Below, one piece after another: positions 1 through 9,062 of a stretch of DNA of 64,000 bases (position 1 is the stretch's first letter; every line of letters begins with the position of its first letter). The position numbers and the translations under genes were made by a program. The DNA lies in NCBI GenBank assembly GCA_964432565.1, contig CAYSOA010000011.1, positions 612-64,611 on the forward strand, given 5' to 3'. The notes under the pieces are model-generated. The model saw only the letters and a list, made by a program, of their open reading frames with translations. It was not told the DNA's origin and did no database searches. This stretch comes from an uncultured Bacteriovorax sp. GTDB lineage: Bacteria; Bdellovibrionota; UBA1018.

Positions 1-957
1 TTTGAAGCGTGCGAACGCTCGGCCGCAGCCTTGTTGAACGAGGGGAATCGCGCGAGCGAGGATCTGAAGAATCGCTGCATTGCCGGACAGGCTCGAGTGC
101 TCTACGAGAAGCAGGATTTTGAGAGGGCCGACCGAGTCTATGACCGGATCTCGAAGGACAGCATCGTCTGGCCCGAGATTCTGTTTGAGCAGGCGTGGAA
201 CTCTTATCGTCGAAACGAATTCAACCGGACGCTCGGCAAGCTGGTCTCCTACAAGAGTCCCGCGCTCTCGTTCGTCTACAATCCTGAAGTGGAAGTGCTT
301 CGGGCTCAGGCCTATCTGGCTCTCTGTCTTTATGCCGATGCAGACAAGGTGGTCGCCGAGTTCAATTCGACCCACGCCCTGGTGGGCGACGAGGTTCGCG
401 GGCTCCTGGATCGGAGCGGGAAGAGCCTTCCCGGTCTGTTTGATGCTGGCAAGGTTGCCGCTGCCCAGCCCCTGACTTCGGCAAAGCCTCTCAACCGTCT
501 GATGAACCGATTCGTCCGTTCACCGTCCTTTCAACGCTGGATGCGATCCGAGCGCGAGCTGACCGTTGAGCTGCAGAATATCCGCAGCTTTGCGTCCTCC
601 CAGCCCGGCGTCGCTGTTGAACGTGGAAAGGGGTTTCCCGAGTTTCTAAATGAGGTTTTGAATTTTCGCCTGAAGGCGATTCGCGCTCTCGCAGGGGCCT
701 TCGTCAAGAACAGCCTGCTCGACTACCATTCCGAGCTGATCGGCAACTACGAGAAGATGTCGTTCATCAGGCTCGAGATGCTGCGTCGTTTCAAGGAAAA
801 GCTCATGACTCGTCGACCTGTCGACGAGGAGCGTGCCCGGGGCAACGTCACGCCGTCGCGCCGGGATGACCAGTACCGCTGGTCCTTCAACGGGGAGTTC
901 TGGAATGACGAGCTCGGAGATTATGTGTTTGCGCTGGAGTCGGAGTGCCGTGGCTAG
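1..957 (+). CDS. helical-repeat (TPR-like) protein, C-terminal part; 5' end lies outside the window
   Basis: Frame 1 is open from nt 1 to the TAG at 955-957. Composition is helical-repeat-like (e.g. QARVLYEKQDFERADRVYDRI, AQAYLALCLY). It ends 8-35 nt into the next TPR gene, so the two are co-oriented and coupled. Confidence 0.6.
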   Translation, partial: FEACERSAAALLNEGNRASEDLKNRCIAGQARVLYEKQDFERADRVYDRISKDSIVWPEILFEQAWNSYRRNEFNRTLGKLVSYKSPALSFVYNPEVEVLRAQAYLALCLYADADKVVAEFNSTHALVGDEVRGLLDRSGKSLPGLFDAGKVAAAQPLTSAKPLNRLMNRFVRSPSFQRWMRSERELTVELQNIRSFASSQPGVAVERGKGFPEFLNEVLNFRLKAIRALAGAFVKNSLLDYHSELIGNYEKMSFIRLEMLRRFKEKLMTRRPVDEERARGNVTPSRRDDQYRWSFNGEFWNDELGDYVFALESECRG

Positions 958-3900
958 GCCCCTGGGTGCCCTTTCATTGATGGTTTTGCTCTACTCCGCT
1001 CCCTTGCTGGCGGATGCTCTGGAACGAACGCCTGCGGCAGCGGGGTACACCGAGCAGGAAGCCCGCGCCGTGATGACGGCCGACGAGCAGAAGATTCGTG
1101 AGCTACGCGACCAGGAAGTCGAGGAACTCAGGCTGGCTCTCTCGCGTCGGCAGCCCGAGGCGAGACGAGCAGATCTTTACCTTCGACTGGCTGAAATCCA
1201 CATCGAAGCCTATCGGTTCGAGTTTCTCGTTGAGGGCCGGATTCACGATCAACGGCTTGAAAAGGGAATCGCCGCTCGAAAGATCGATCGATCGAGGTCA
1301 ATGCCCTACCTTCGACTGGCGATCGAAGCCTGTCAGAAGATCATCGACTTTGGCATCCCCTATGAGCGCATGGACCAGGTGCTGTACTTTCTAGCCTACA
1401 ACCATGCCGAACTGGGCGATGAAAACCGTTCACGTGACTATTACCAGCAGCTGGTTCGAAGGTATTCTTCGAGCAGCTACGCCGTCGAGGCCCTGCGTGA
1501 GCTGGGCGAGGCGGCCTTTCGAAGTCGCGATTATCGAACGGCGCTGCCCTATTTCGAGCAGGTTCTCGCCCGGGCCGCCCAGTCGCCGGGCTTTCAGGTA
1601 CAGCTTCCGCGAGTCCGACATCGGATCGCCTGGTGCCTCTACCGTCTGAGGCAGTACGACAAGGCCGTCTACCAGATGAAGGAGGCGATTCGTCTGGCGG
1701 GAATGGGAGGCGAGCGGCTTTTTTCGATCCGTGAAGAGGCGCTTCGCGATCTGGCACTCTTCATGACCGAGTCGGGCAATGTTCCGGATGCGATTCAGTA
1801 TTTCAGGAAGGTGGTCGGCGATCAGAAGTTCTATCCGAGAGTACTCGAGTCGCTGGGACGGCAGTATGAGAGGAATGTCGAGCCGGAAAAAGCGACCCAG
1901 GTCTACGAATCGCTGCTCGAAACGCATCCCGACGATGAGGCGGCCTTTCGCGTGCGGGTCAAGCTGGTCGATCTCGATCTGCGTCGAGGACGGTATTCCA
2001 GCGCATTGGCGCGCATTGAAGGTATCCGGCTTTATTCGTCGGCGGAGGGTGAGACCGAAACGTCGTGGCAGAACCTTCGGGCCATGATTCGTCGCACGGC
2101 CACCGAGAGCCATGAGGCCTATCGCAAGAAGGCCGATCGAAAGTCTCTGGTTGTGGCCGAACAGTTTTATGAGCGGTACCTCGATCCGATTCTGAAGCTT
2201 TCAGATTCGAGGAACGAGACTCCCGAAATTCGGATGTACCTTGCCGATGTGAAGCGCGAGCGAGGTCTTTCGAAGGAGGCATCCGCGCTTTACCGCAAGG
2301 TCGTCGAGGGAGGCGACAAGCGCTATGCGAAGGAGGCGGCGGCTCTATGGACGGCCAGTCTTGCCGATGCGATTCGCAGGGATTCGAGTGCTTCGAAGAA
2401 GTCGATCGTGGTTCGGAATGATCCGACGGATTTAGAGCGCGAATTCGTTCAGGCCTCCGACGTGCTGAACGAAGCCCTCGAGGGAACGACGGAGGCACGT
2501 GAGGCGCGCCTGAAGTCTTCCCAGGTTCTGGCCGCCTATCCGGGCTCGCAGTCGGAGGCGCTCAAGCGGATCAAGAGCCTCATGAAACAGCATCCTCGAT
2601 CAGGGCAGGCCGTCACGGCGGCGCGACTCTGGCTTCAGATTTTTGCAGATCGCCTGACTGCTTCCGAAAAAATCGAGAAGTCGGGCAAGGTTTCGCGGGA
2701 CAACGCCGAAGACCTTGAGGAGGCCATCGAGGACATTCGAGAGTACCCGGAGGTGCTCGCCTTTGACCTCGAAAAGGGCGCCAAGCTCAAGGCAGCGCTC
2801 GCCGAGCAGCAGGCAAGGCTCAAGGTCATGGAGATCGCCTTTTTCGAGAAGGACGAGGACTTCAAGGGGGCCGCAAAGCTTTATGAACGCTACGCCGCCG
2901 AGGCGCGCGATCCCTCGGTCGCCGGCAAGGCCTTTGAAAACGCCGTCGCAAGCTGGCTGCGCATCAATGACCTGAAGAACGCCGACCGTGTGATCGGTGA
3001 CTGGCAAAAGCGCATACCCGACAGCAAGGCAGCAGCCCAGGCCATGAGGAACTCGGCCACTCTACTTTTTATTCGGGGTGGTTTTCGGGGGAGTGCCGAA
3101 GTGCTCGAACGGCTGGCCGAATTCACCCGGGACCCCGAGCCAACCCTGGCGGGAATCCGCATTCTGGCTGGAGCGGGCGAGTCTGAGGCGCTCGATGCCA
3201 TGGTGGGACGATTCCTGAAGACGTTTCCAAAATCTCCCCTACGCGCTCGCGCCCTTCTGGTGCTCGCACGGGAGCAGGAGCGCCAGGAGACTCCCGCTCT
3301 CGCGATCCAGACTTATCGACAATGCCTTTCGGTGGCAGGTGCCCCTGAGGAGCCCGAGTGTGCAGTCCGCCTCTCTCGGCATCAATTGCAGGCGGGAGGT
3401 CGTGAAGAAGCGCTGGGCTTGCTCGAGAGGGCCGTACGGTTTTCAAAGAAGGGAACCGGTTCGTTCTTTACGGCGATGGCTCGTTACGAGCTGGCCCGCC
3501 TCGTGGAGCAGTCGATCGAATCGCCGAAGCTGACGCGTGAGACGCTGGCCAAGGAGCTTCCTGGACGACTGAAGGCCTTCGAACGGATTCAGAAGGCCTA
3601 TGCCGCTACTCTCGAGGCCGGAGGTGGCTTCTCGATCGGAGCCTCTCGTCGGCTGGTCCAGGTGGCTCTCGAGCTGGCTGCTGAGATGGAGCAGCTCGCT
3701 CCCGGAGATTCGAGCGTGGGCAAGCTGGTTGCGTCTCTGAGGGCGACGGCCTTTCAGTTCTTCCAGAAGTCTGAAAAGAAGGCGGTGGCGGCCGAGTGGA
3801 TCAGTGCCGAATTACCGGCAATGCTGGTCGAAGTGGGAATTTTTCAGAAAAGAGCCGTTGCTCAAGGGCCGATGCCGCGTCTGTCCCACGTCGAATTCCT

Positions 3901-4576
3901 CGCCTTCGGGCAGGAGGAATTCGGAATCTCCAAGCTTCGGGAGCAGCTATCCCGAGACACTGCCAATGCGGCGCTCTGGGGTCGCTATGCGCTCTGGCTC
4001 GCCCGTGAGGAGGAACGTCCCGGACTTGCGGCCGTGGCTCTGGACCGCGTACTCGCTATCGATCCGAAAAGCGTCGCTGCTCTCAACAACCTTGCAGTCG
4101 TGAAAATCGCCGAGGAGCCCGCCGGGCTGGATGACGCATGGGTTGCCGAGCAGGTGCACGCCCTGTTGAAGGAGGCCAGTTCGCGAGAAACGCTCACGAC
4201 GACGATTCGGGCAAATCGCGGTCAGATGCTCAATTATTTTGGACTGCACTCGGCGGCGAAAAAAGTCTGGGAGCAGGTGCAGCTCAAGGACCGATCCTCG
4301 TTGGCCGAGGACGGCCTCGGGGTTGCGCTTCAGGGCGTTGGAAATCTCTCGCTTGCCCGAAGCGCCTTCGTGCGTTCCCGCGAGGCGGGGGCCGATTCGC
4401 GGCGCTTTGCCCAGGCCTTTCACGAGGCAGCCGTTTCGGCGGTGAAAGATTCGGCCGCCTGCATCGAGCGGTTGTCGGAGATGAGGGATCCCGTCGGCGC
4501 ACAGGAGTCGTTCGCCGCAAGCAAACTCAAGGAGGCCTGCAGGTCATGGAATACCGGCAAACCCCAATCGAACTAG
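923..4576 (+). CDS. large secreted/periplasmic TPR-repeat protein (about 1200 aa; AgmU/GltD- or GltE-like by architecture only)
   Basis: Long ORF. The ATG at 923 (alternative GTG at 950) gives a signal-peptide-like N-terminus, ARPLGALSLMVLLYSAPLLADA. Repeated TPR-like helices run throughout (YFLAYNHAELGDENRSRDYYQQLVRRY, ALPYFEQVLARA, LWGRYALWLAREE, ALDRVLAIDPKS). Confidence 0.75.
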   Translation: MCLRWSRSAVARPLGALSLMVLLYSAPLLADALERTPAAAGYTEQEARAVMTADEQKIRELRDQEVEELRLALSRRQPEARRADLYLRLAEIHIEAYRFEFLVEGRIHDQRLEKGIAARKIDRSRSMPYLRLAIEACQKIIDFGIPYERMDQVLYFLAYNHAELGDENRSRDYYQQLVRRYSSSSYAVEALRELGEAAFRSRDYRTALPYFEQVLARAAQSPGFQVQLPRVRHRIAWCLYRLRQYDKAVYQMKEAIRLAGMGGERLFSIREEALRDLALFMTESGNVPDAIQYFRKVVGDQKFYPRVLESLGRQYERNVEPEKATQVYESLLETHPDDEAAFRVRVKLVDLDLRRGRYSSALARIEGIRLYSSAEGETETSWQNLRAMIRRTATESHEAYRKKADRKSLVVAEQFYERYLDPILKLSDSRNETPEIRMYLADVKRERGLSKEASALYRKVVEGGDKRYAKEAAALWTASLADAIRRDSSASKKSIVVRNDPTDLEREFVQASDVLNEALEGTTEAREARLKSSQVLAAYPGSQSEALKRIKSLMKQHPRSGQAVTAARLWLQIFADRLTASEKIEKSGKVSRDNAEDLEEAIEDIREYPEVLAFDLEKGAKLKAALAEQQARLKVMEIAFFEKDEDFKGAAKLYERYAAEARDPSVAGKAFENAVASWLRINDLKNADRVIGDWQKRIPDSKAAAQAMRNSATLLFIRGGFRGSAEVLERLAEFTRDPEPTLAGIRILAGAGESEALDAMVGRFLKTFPKSPLRARALLVLAREQERQETPALAIQTYRQCLSVAGAPEEPECAVRLSRHQLQAGGREEALGLLERAVRFSKKGTGSFFTAMARYELARLVEQSIESPKLTRETLAKELPGRLKAFERIQKAYAATLEAGGGFSIGASRRLVQVALELAAEMEQLAPGDSSVGKLVASLRATAFQFFQKSEKKAVAAEWISAELPAMLVEVGIFQKRAVAQGPMPRLSHVEFLAFGQEEFGISKLREQLSRDTANAALWGRYALWLAREEERPGLAAVALDRVLAIDPKSVAALNNLAVVKIAEEPAGLDDAWVAEQVHALLKEASSRETLTTTIRANRGQMLNYFGLHSAAKKVWEQVQLKDRSSLAEDGLGVALQGVGNLSLARSAFVRSREAGADSRRFAQAFHEAAVSAVKDSAACIERLSEMRDPVGAQESFAASKLKEACRSWNTGKPQSN

Positions 4577-4899
4577 ATAGTGAAAAGGCCCGGGTTCTTT
4601 ATCGCGCCGGGCTCGCCGCCATGATCCTGAATGTCGTGGCGTCGATGGCTCTCGTCGCGGGAATCTTCTGGTCGCGCCCTTCCGAGGCGGCCGAGAAAAA
4701 GACTCCCCGCAGGGAGCCCCGAATCATCTATCCCAAGAAAACCGAACTCGACTTCGAGGGCCTGGGCATCGAAGGCGAAGTACGAAATCCCGGCGAGCTT
4801 TACTTTCAGCGTCGCCAGGAGGAGAAATTTGGATCCCTGGTACAGCCCCGAACGAATTTCCGACGCATGATCCTTCGGGATCTGATGCAAACGCGGTGA
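4546..4899 (+). CDS. small single-pass membrane protein (117 aa)
   Basis: The ATG at 4546 follows a GGAGG-containing stretch and overlaps the end of the TPR gene. One hydrophobic helix (LAAMILNVVASMALVAGIFW) is followed by a charged tail. Its position matches the small GltF-type gene of myxobacterial glt clusters, by position only. Confidence 0.55.
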   Translation: MEYRQTPIELDSEKARVLYRAGLAAMILNVVASMALVAGIFWSRPSEAAEKKTPRREPRIIYPKKTELDFEGLGIEGEVRNPGELYFQRRQEEKFGSLVQPRTNFRRMILRDLMQTR

Positions 4900-4906
4900 G
4901 GTCGAG

Positions 4907-6910
4907 ATGAGCGAGATCGAATCTGGCAGGACGTCTACGGCACAAGAGCGAAACCTCCGAGAGTGGGTGGCTGTTTTTCGCGTGAGCGACCCCGAGGGTC
5001 GTGAAACCGCTCTGCGCATTCAGAAGCCGCGGCTGGTCATCGGCTCGGTGGAATCGGCCGATATCCGCCTGGGAGGCGAGAAGGTGTCGCCGATTCATGC
5101 CGTCGTCGAACTCACCCGTGAGGGAAGAGGGGATGGCGTCATCGAGGCGACCCTTTTCGACCTGGCGAGCGACTCAGGCGTGAAGCTCAACGGCCAGGGC
5201 GTCGTCACCAGCTCGCTTTCCGAGGGAGACGTCATCGAAATCGGAATGCACCGACTGGTCTTTGGCTGGAACCGCCTCGATGAGGTCGAGCGTCCCGCGA
5301 CGATCGAGACCGGCGGTGATCGGCTTTTCAAGCGTGCGGACGAAGACTTCAGCTCGCTTCTCAGCGAGGAGCCGCCGGAGCAGGAGATCTTCGATCATGG
5401 TGCCGAGAAGCGTCCGGCGCTGGAGATCGTCATGTCGTGGCGGGGGCTGATTCTCGATGTTCGGCATTTCGTCTCCGAATCGCGGGTTCGAATCGGAGCG
5501 TCCCGTCGAGCTGAATTTGCCATTCCCGCCGTGCTCTCTTCCGACACCCATCAGCTGGTAACCCGCTCGGGATCGCAATTCGTCCTCAATCTTGATCCGA
5601 AGCTCAAGGGCGTCGTCCAGCGCTCGGGCAGGCTCGAGCGCGTTGAGTCGCTGGGCGATGGTTCAGTTCCCCTGGATACCGGCGTTTTTGCCAAGCTGTC
5701 GGCCGGTGAGGTCGATTTCTATCTCTCGCAGACAGCCGCTCCCCCGCGACTGCGCGCTGGCAGTGACCGGCGTCGGGATGCTTTCTTGTTTCGAACAATG
5801 ACTCTGTCGTTGCTCTTCACCGGGCTCTTCTTCTTTTCTCTGAGTCGCATGACGGTGCCTCAGCAGATTGAGGCCGAACAGCTTCCCGAGCGCATCGCAA
5901 CGATCCTGTATCAGCCGGAGAAGTATGCGCAGCCTCGCATTCCGCAGCCGAAGCCGGCGCCAGAGCCTGCGCCCAAGGCTCTTCCCGAAAAACCCCAGGT
6001 CACGAAGGTAGATCTGAAGCCCAACCCCGAGAATGCGAAGAAGCCGATTCCCAAGGAGATTCAGCTCGGAAAGCAGGCACCCAAGCCCTCTGGCCGAAAG
6101 CAGAGCGTCGCGCAGGACCGTGCCAAGGAAGGTGAAGGAGCCCGAGCCAAAGGAAAGGAAGGACGGCGTGGCGAACGCAACGCCCGAGGTCGGGGGGGAG
6201 TGGCCCAGGATCTTGCCAAGCGCCCGTCTCCTCAGGGAGGGGCAGGCGCTGGTGGCGGTGGAGAGAGCCAGGTCAATGATGTCGGGAACGTCGATCTGCT
6301 CAAGGGCGCGACCGAAAAGATTCAAGACCTGCTCGGAAACAGTGCTGCTCGCCTGGGCAAGGATGGATCCAAGCTCAAGGGTTTTGGGGGCTTCACCTCT
6401 TACGGTACTGGCGGCCAGGCATTGAGTGGAACCGGGCAGGGGGGCGGTGGAAGCGCTGACACCTTGGCTGGTGGGCTCGGTAAGCAGGGCCGCGGAGGCG
6501 GTCGTGTTGGAACGGGTCTCGGGGCTGCTGGAGACGGCTCAGGTATCATTGGTGGCAAGACCCGCGTGGTGATTCGCTCGGGAGGACCCGAGGAGGCCGT
6601 GGTGATGGGGGCCATCGATGCCTCTGCGATCGAGGCCGCACTCCTGGCTCACAGGGATGAATTTCGGCTCTGCTATGAGCGCGAAATCAATGCCGAGAAT
6701 CCGAATCTCGCGGGTCGAGTGGGAACCAGTTTCGTCATTGGAGCGCAAGGCCGGGTAACCCAGGCGGGCGTGGCATCGACGACCCTCAGGAATGCCAATA
6801 CGGAGCGCTGCATCCTGAACGTCATTCGACGCATCGATTTTCCGATGCCACGAGGCGGCGGGATTGTTCAGGTGACGTATCCCTTCAAGTTCTCTCCCGC
6901 CGGAGGATGA
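4907..6910 (+). CDS. FHA domain - TM - Pro/Lys- and Gly-rich linker - AgmX/PglI-type (TonB-C-like) C-terminal domain protein
   Basis: - N-terminal FHA signature: LVIGSVESADIRLGGEKVSPIHAVVEL...LFDLASDSGVKLNG...GDVIEIGMHRLVF.
- TM helix: MTLSLLFTGLFFFSL.
- PxP/K-rich then G-rich low-complexity region.
- C-terminus: AIEAALLAHRDEFRLCYEREI...GRVGTSFVIGAQGRVTQAGV...ERCILNVIRRIDFPMPRGGGIVQVTYPFKF. As I recall it, this matches the AgmX/PglI C-terminal domain pattern. Confidence 0.8.
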   Translation: MSEIESGRTSTAQERNLREWVAVFRVSDPEGRETALRIQKPRLVIGSVESADIRLGGEKVSPIHAVVELTREGRGDGVIEATLFDLASDSGVKLNGQGVVTSSLSEGDVIEIGMHRLVFGWNRLDEVERPATIETGGDRLFKRADEDFSSLLSEEPPEQEIFDHGAEKRPALEIVMSWRGLILDVRHFVSESRVRIGASRRAEFAIPAVLSSDTHQLVTRSGSQFVLNLDPKLKGVVQRSGRLERVESLGDGSVPLDTGVFAKLSAGEVDFYLSQTAAPPRLRAGSDRRRDAFLFRTMTLSLLFTGLFFFSLSRMTVPQQIEAEQLPERIATILYQPEKYAQPRIPQPKPAPEPAPKALPEKPQVTKVDLKPNPENAKKPIPKEIQLGKQAPKPSGRKQSVAQDRAKEGEGARAKGKEGRRGERNARGRGGVAQDLAKRPSPQGGAGAGGGGESQVNDVGNVDLLKGATEKIQDLLGNSAARLGKDGSKLKGFGGFTSYGTGGQALSGTGQGGGGSADTLAGGLGKQGRGGGRVGTGLGAAGDGSGIIGGKTRVVIRSGGPEEAVVMGAIDASAIEAALLAHRDEFRLCYEREINAENPNLAGRVGTSFVIGAQGRVTQAGVASTTLRNANTERCILNVIRRIDFPMPRGGGIVQVTYPFKFSPAGG

Positions 6911-6914
6911 TGGG

Positions 6915-7388
6915 GTGAGGTTGCGGGTCGCCCTGCTCTTCCTGCTTCCGGGGCTTTTCGTGGGGGACTGCTCCTGGGGGGGAGCCACAAGCGAATTTGC
7001 TCCGCTCGAAGTTCGTGCAGGGGTGCCGCTCCGTTTTCGCCTCTCTCTTCCTGCGGGCTACAAGGTCAATCCCGAGGCTCCGAGTGTGCTGCAGCTTCGT
7101 GCAGCTGACGGCACTACGGTTGGGCGCTGGGACACGCAGGCTCTCGAACGTCTGGCGCTCGATCTGGGGCGTCTAGAGCAAGCGAAGGAGCCTTCTGGGG
7201 GGCACGCCACGCTCGAAGGAAGAATCTTCTACTGCGAAAAACGGGATGCCAGAGTCTGCATCACTCGAAACTTTCGGCAGCGGATCGAAGCGCTGCCTTC
7301 TGCGGCCCAGACCGAGGTGCTCTGGCATCTGGAGCCTCCGACGGCTCTTTCATCCGGCCCTTTCCAGCGCCCGTCGTCCGTGCGATGA
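6915..7388 (+). CDS. small secreted protein (157 aa), unknown function
   Basis: GTG start 5 nt after the FHA gene stop. The N-terminus MRLRVALLFLLPGLFVGDC looks like a signal or lipoprotein peptide. There is a CxxxxxxC pair near the C-terminus (FYCEKRDARVC). Confidence 0.5.
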   Translation: MRLRVALLFLLPGLFVGDCSWGGATSEFAPLEVRAGVPLRFRLSLPAGYKVNPEAPSVLQLRAADGTTVGRWDTQALERLALDLGRLEQAKEPSGGHATLEGRIFYCEKRDARVCITRNFRQRIEALPSAAQTEVLWHLEPPTALSSGPFQRPSSVR

Positions 7389-7395
7389 ACGGGAA

Positions 7396-8490
7396 ATGAA
7401 CGAAAGTTTATCGATTCCGGGTTTCGATCCCAATGCTGCAGCGACTGAAGATTCGGGTGTGTTCGGCCTGCCCTTCAACGAAGAGCAGGCGAAGGTCGTG
7501 CTTCTGCCGGTTCCCTGGGAAGTGACGACTTCCTACGGAGGTGGAACCTCTCGCGGACCTGAAGCGATTCTTGAGGCCAGTCGCCAGGTCGACCTGTTTG
7601 ACCTGGATGTCGAGACGCCCTACGCGCCCGGAATTTTCATGCGTGAGAATTCGGCTGAGATCCTGGCACGAAACAAAGAGGGGCGTGAACTCGCGCAAAA
7701 GGTGATCGCTGTCGGTGGTGACGTTTCTAGCCACCCCGAACTCCAGCAGGCTCTCAGTCGAGTGAATGCGCTTTCGGTCGAGATGAACGACTGGGTTCAT
7801 GCCCAGGTTCGCGACCTGCTGGAGGCTGGCAAGATCGTAGGTCTGGTTGGTGGAGATCATTCCACACCGTTTGGTGCCATTCGTGCCCATGCCGAATGGT
7901 TTTCAGTGCCTTCGGGAGGCAGGCCCCGCGAGTTCGGTGTTCTGCATTTCGACGCCCACTCGGACACGCGCGAGGCCTATGAGGGCTTCGAGTATTCCCA
8001 TGCCTCGATCATGCACAATGTGCTTCAGCATATTCCCCAGGTCACGAAGCTCGTTCAGGTCGGAATTCGGGACGTCTGCGAGCAGGAGATGACGTATTGC
8101 CGATCGCAGGGGGAGCGGGTTCGCACCTATTTTGATCGAGACCTGGTTGCCAGTCGCTTTCGCGGCGAGACATTCGAGGGATTTGCCAATCGCATCGTCG
8201 CCGATCTTCCCGAGCAGGTCTATGTTTCGTTCGACATCGATGGACTCGATCCCCGATATTGCCCGAATACGGGCACTCCGGTTCCGGGGGGACTGGACTT
8301 CAGCGAGGCGGTCTGGATCCTCAAGTCCCTCGTGCGTTCGGGACGGCGCATCGTGGGTTTCGACCTCAATGAGGTGTCGCCGGGCGATGGATCAAGCGAG
8401 TGGGATGCCAACTGTGGAGCGCGAATGCTCTACAAGCTGGTCGGTTTCACGTTGGCCAGCCAGAACCAGTGTCGCTTGAGCTGGGATTGA
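7396..8490 (+). CDS. arginase-fold ureohydrolase (agmatinase / formimidoylglutamase family)
   Basis: Manganese-site motifs of the arginase family are present: GGDHSTPFG, HFDAHSDTRE, SFDIDGLDP. The ATG at 7396 is the first start after the upstream stop; the longer track ORF from 7246 overlaps the previous gene. Confidence 0.85.
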   Translation: MNESLSIPGFDPNAAATEDSGVFGLPFNEEQAKVVLLPVPWEVTTSYGGGTSRGPEAILEASRQVDLFDLDVETPYAPGIFMRENSAEILARNKEGRELAQKVIAVGGDVSSHPELQQALSRVNALSVEMNDWVHAQVRDLLEAGKIVGLVGGDHSTPFGAIRAHAEWFSVPSGGRPREFGVLHFDAHSDTREAYEGFEYSHASIMHNVLQHIPQVTKLVQVGIRDVCEQEMTYCRSQGERVRTYFDRDLVASRFRGETFEGFANRIVADLPEQVYVSFDIDGLDPRYCPNTGTPVPGGLDFSEAVWILKSLVRSGRRIVGFDLNEVSPGDGSSEWDANCGARMLYKLVGFTLASQNQCRLSWD

Positions 8491-8492
8491 GC

Positions 8493-9062
8493 TCAGGTTT
8501 CGCGCTTCAGTGCCAGTAGCCGGAACACCTTGTAGCCGGCAGTGGCGGCCGTGTACATGATCTGTCGAATCGTCTGGTAGTGCACTCGCTTGTCCGCCTG
8601 AATGGCCAAAACACCATCAAAAGGCAGCGGGCTTCCCGTTTCGTCGCGGGCGCTGGATTTGGCCCGAAGCAGCTCGGCACGTTCCCGAGCCTGGACCAGT
8701 GCTGCATAAAGGGGTCTCACCTGGCGCCCATCTTCGGCAAGGTCCACGGGGCGAAGCGAGTAGGTGGCTTCGTCATCGAGCGAGCTCGAGTTGAGGTCGA
8801 ATTCCACAATCCGTTCGTTTTCGAACGTCATGCCCTCAGGCGTGATGATGAGGTGAAGGCTGTCGGGCGGAAGGTCCTGCGAGGCCGAGATGGGCAGCTT
8901 CAAGCCCGGCAGGGTCGTGAAGTTATTGGTCGAGGTCGAGTAGCTTTTGAGCAGAAAGACCAGGATGATCACGAGCACGTCCATCATGCTGGTGAGCTGC
9001 AGTTCGATCTCGCGCGGTTTTCTTCGGCCTCGTCTGAATCGAATCGAGCGTGTTCGGGCCAT
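8493..9062 (-). CDS. ExbD/TolR-family biopolymer transport protein (paralog 2)
   Basis: The N-terminus RKPREIELQLTSMMDVLVIILVFLL has the conserved TM Asp. It is the last gene of the MotA/ExbD/ExbD operon, with a TGATG overlap to paralog 1 at 9062. Confidence 0.85.
   Translation of the reverse strand: MARTRSIRFRRGRRKPREIELQLTSMMDVLVIILVFLLKSYSTSTNNFTTLPGLKLPISASQDLPPDSLHLIITPEGMTFENERIVEFDLNSSSLDDEATYSLRPVDLAEDGRQVRPLYAALVQARERAELLRAKSSARDETGSPLPFDGVLAIQADKRVHYQTIRQIMYTAATAGYKVFRLLALKRET

Noticed and set aside
833-922. N-terminal extensions offered by the ORF track. Examples are 833 for the TPR gene, 4138 for the small membrane protein, 7246 for the ureohydrolase, 26097 for fabG, 27223 for fabD, 24770 for fabF and 36874 for the thiolase.
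   Set aside because: The extensions overlap the preceding gene in another frame and have junk-like composition. Internal ATGs give canonical N-termini and normal protein lengths, often with an SD-like sequence.
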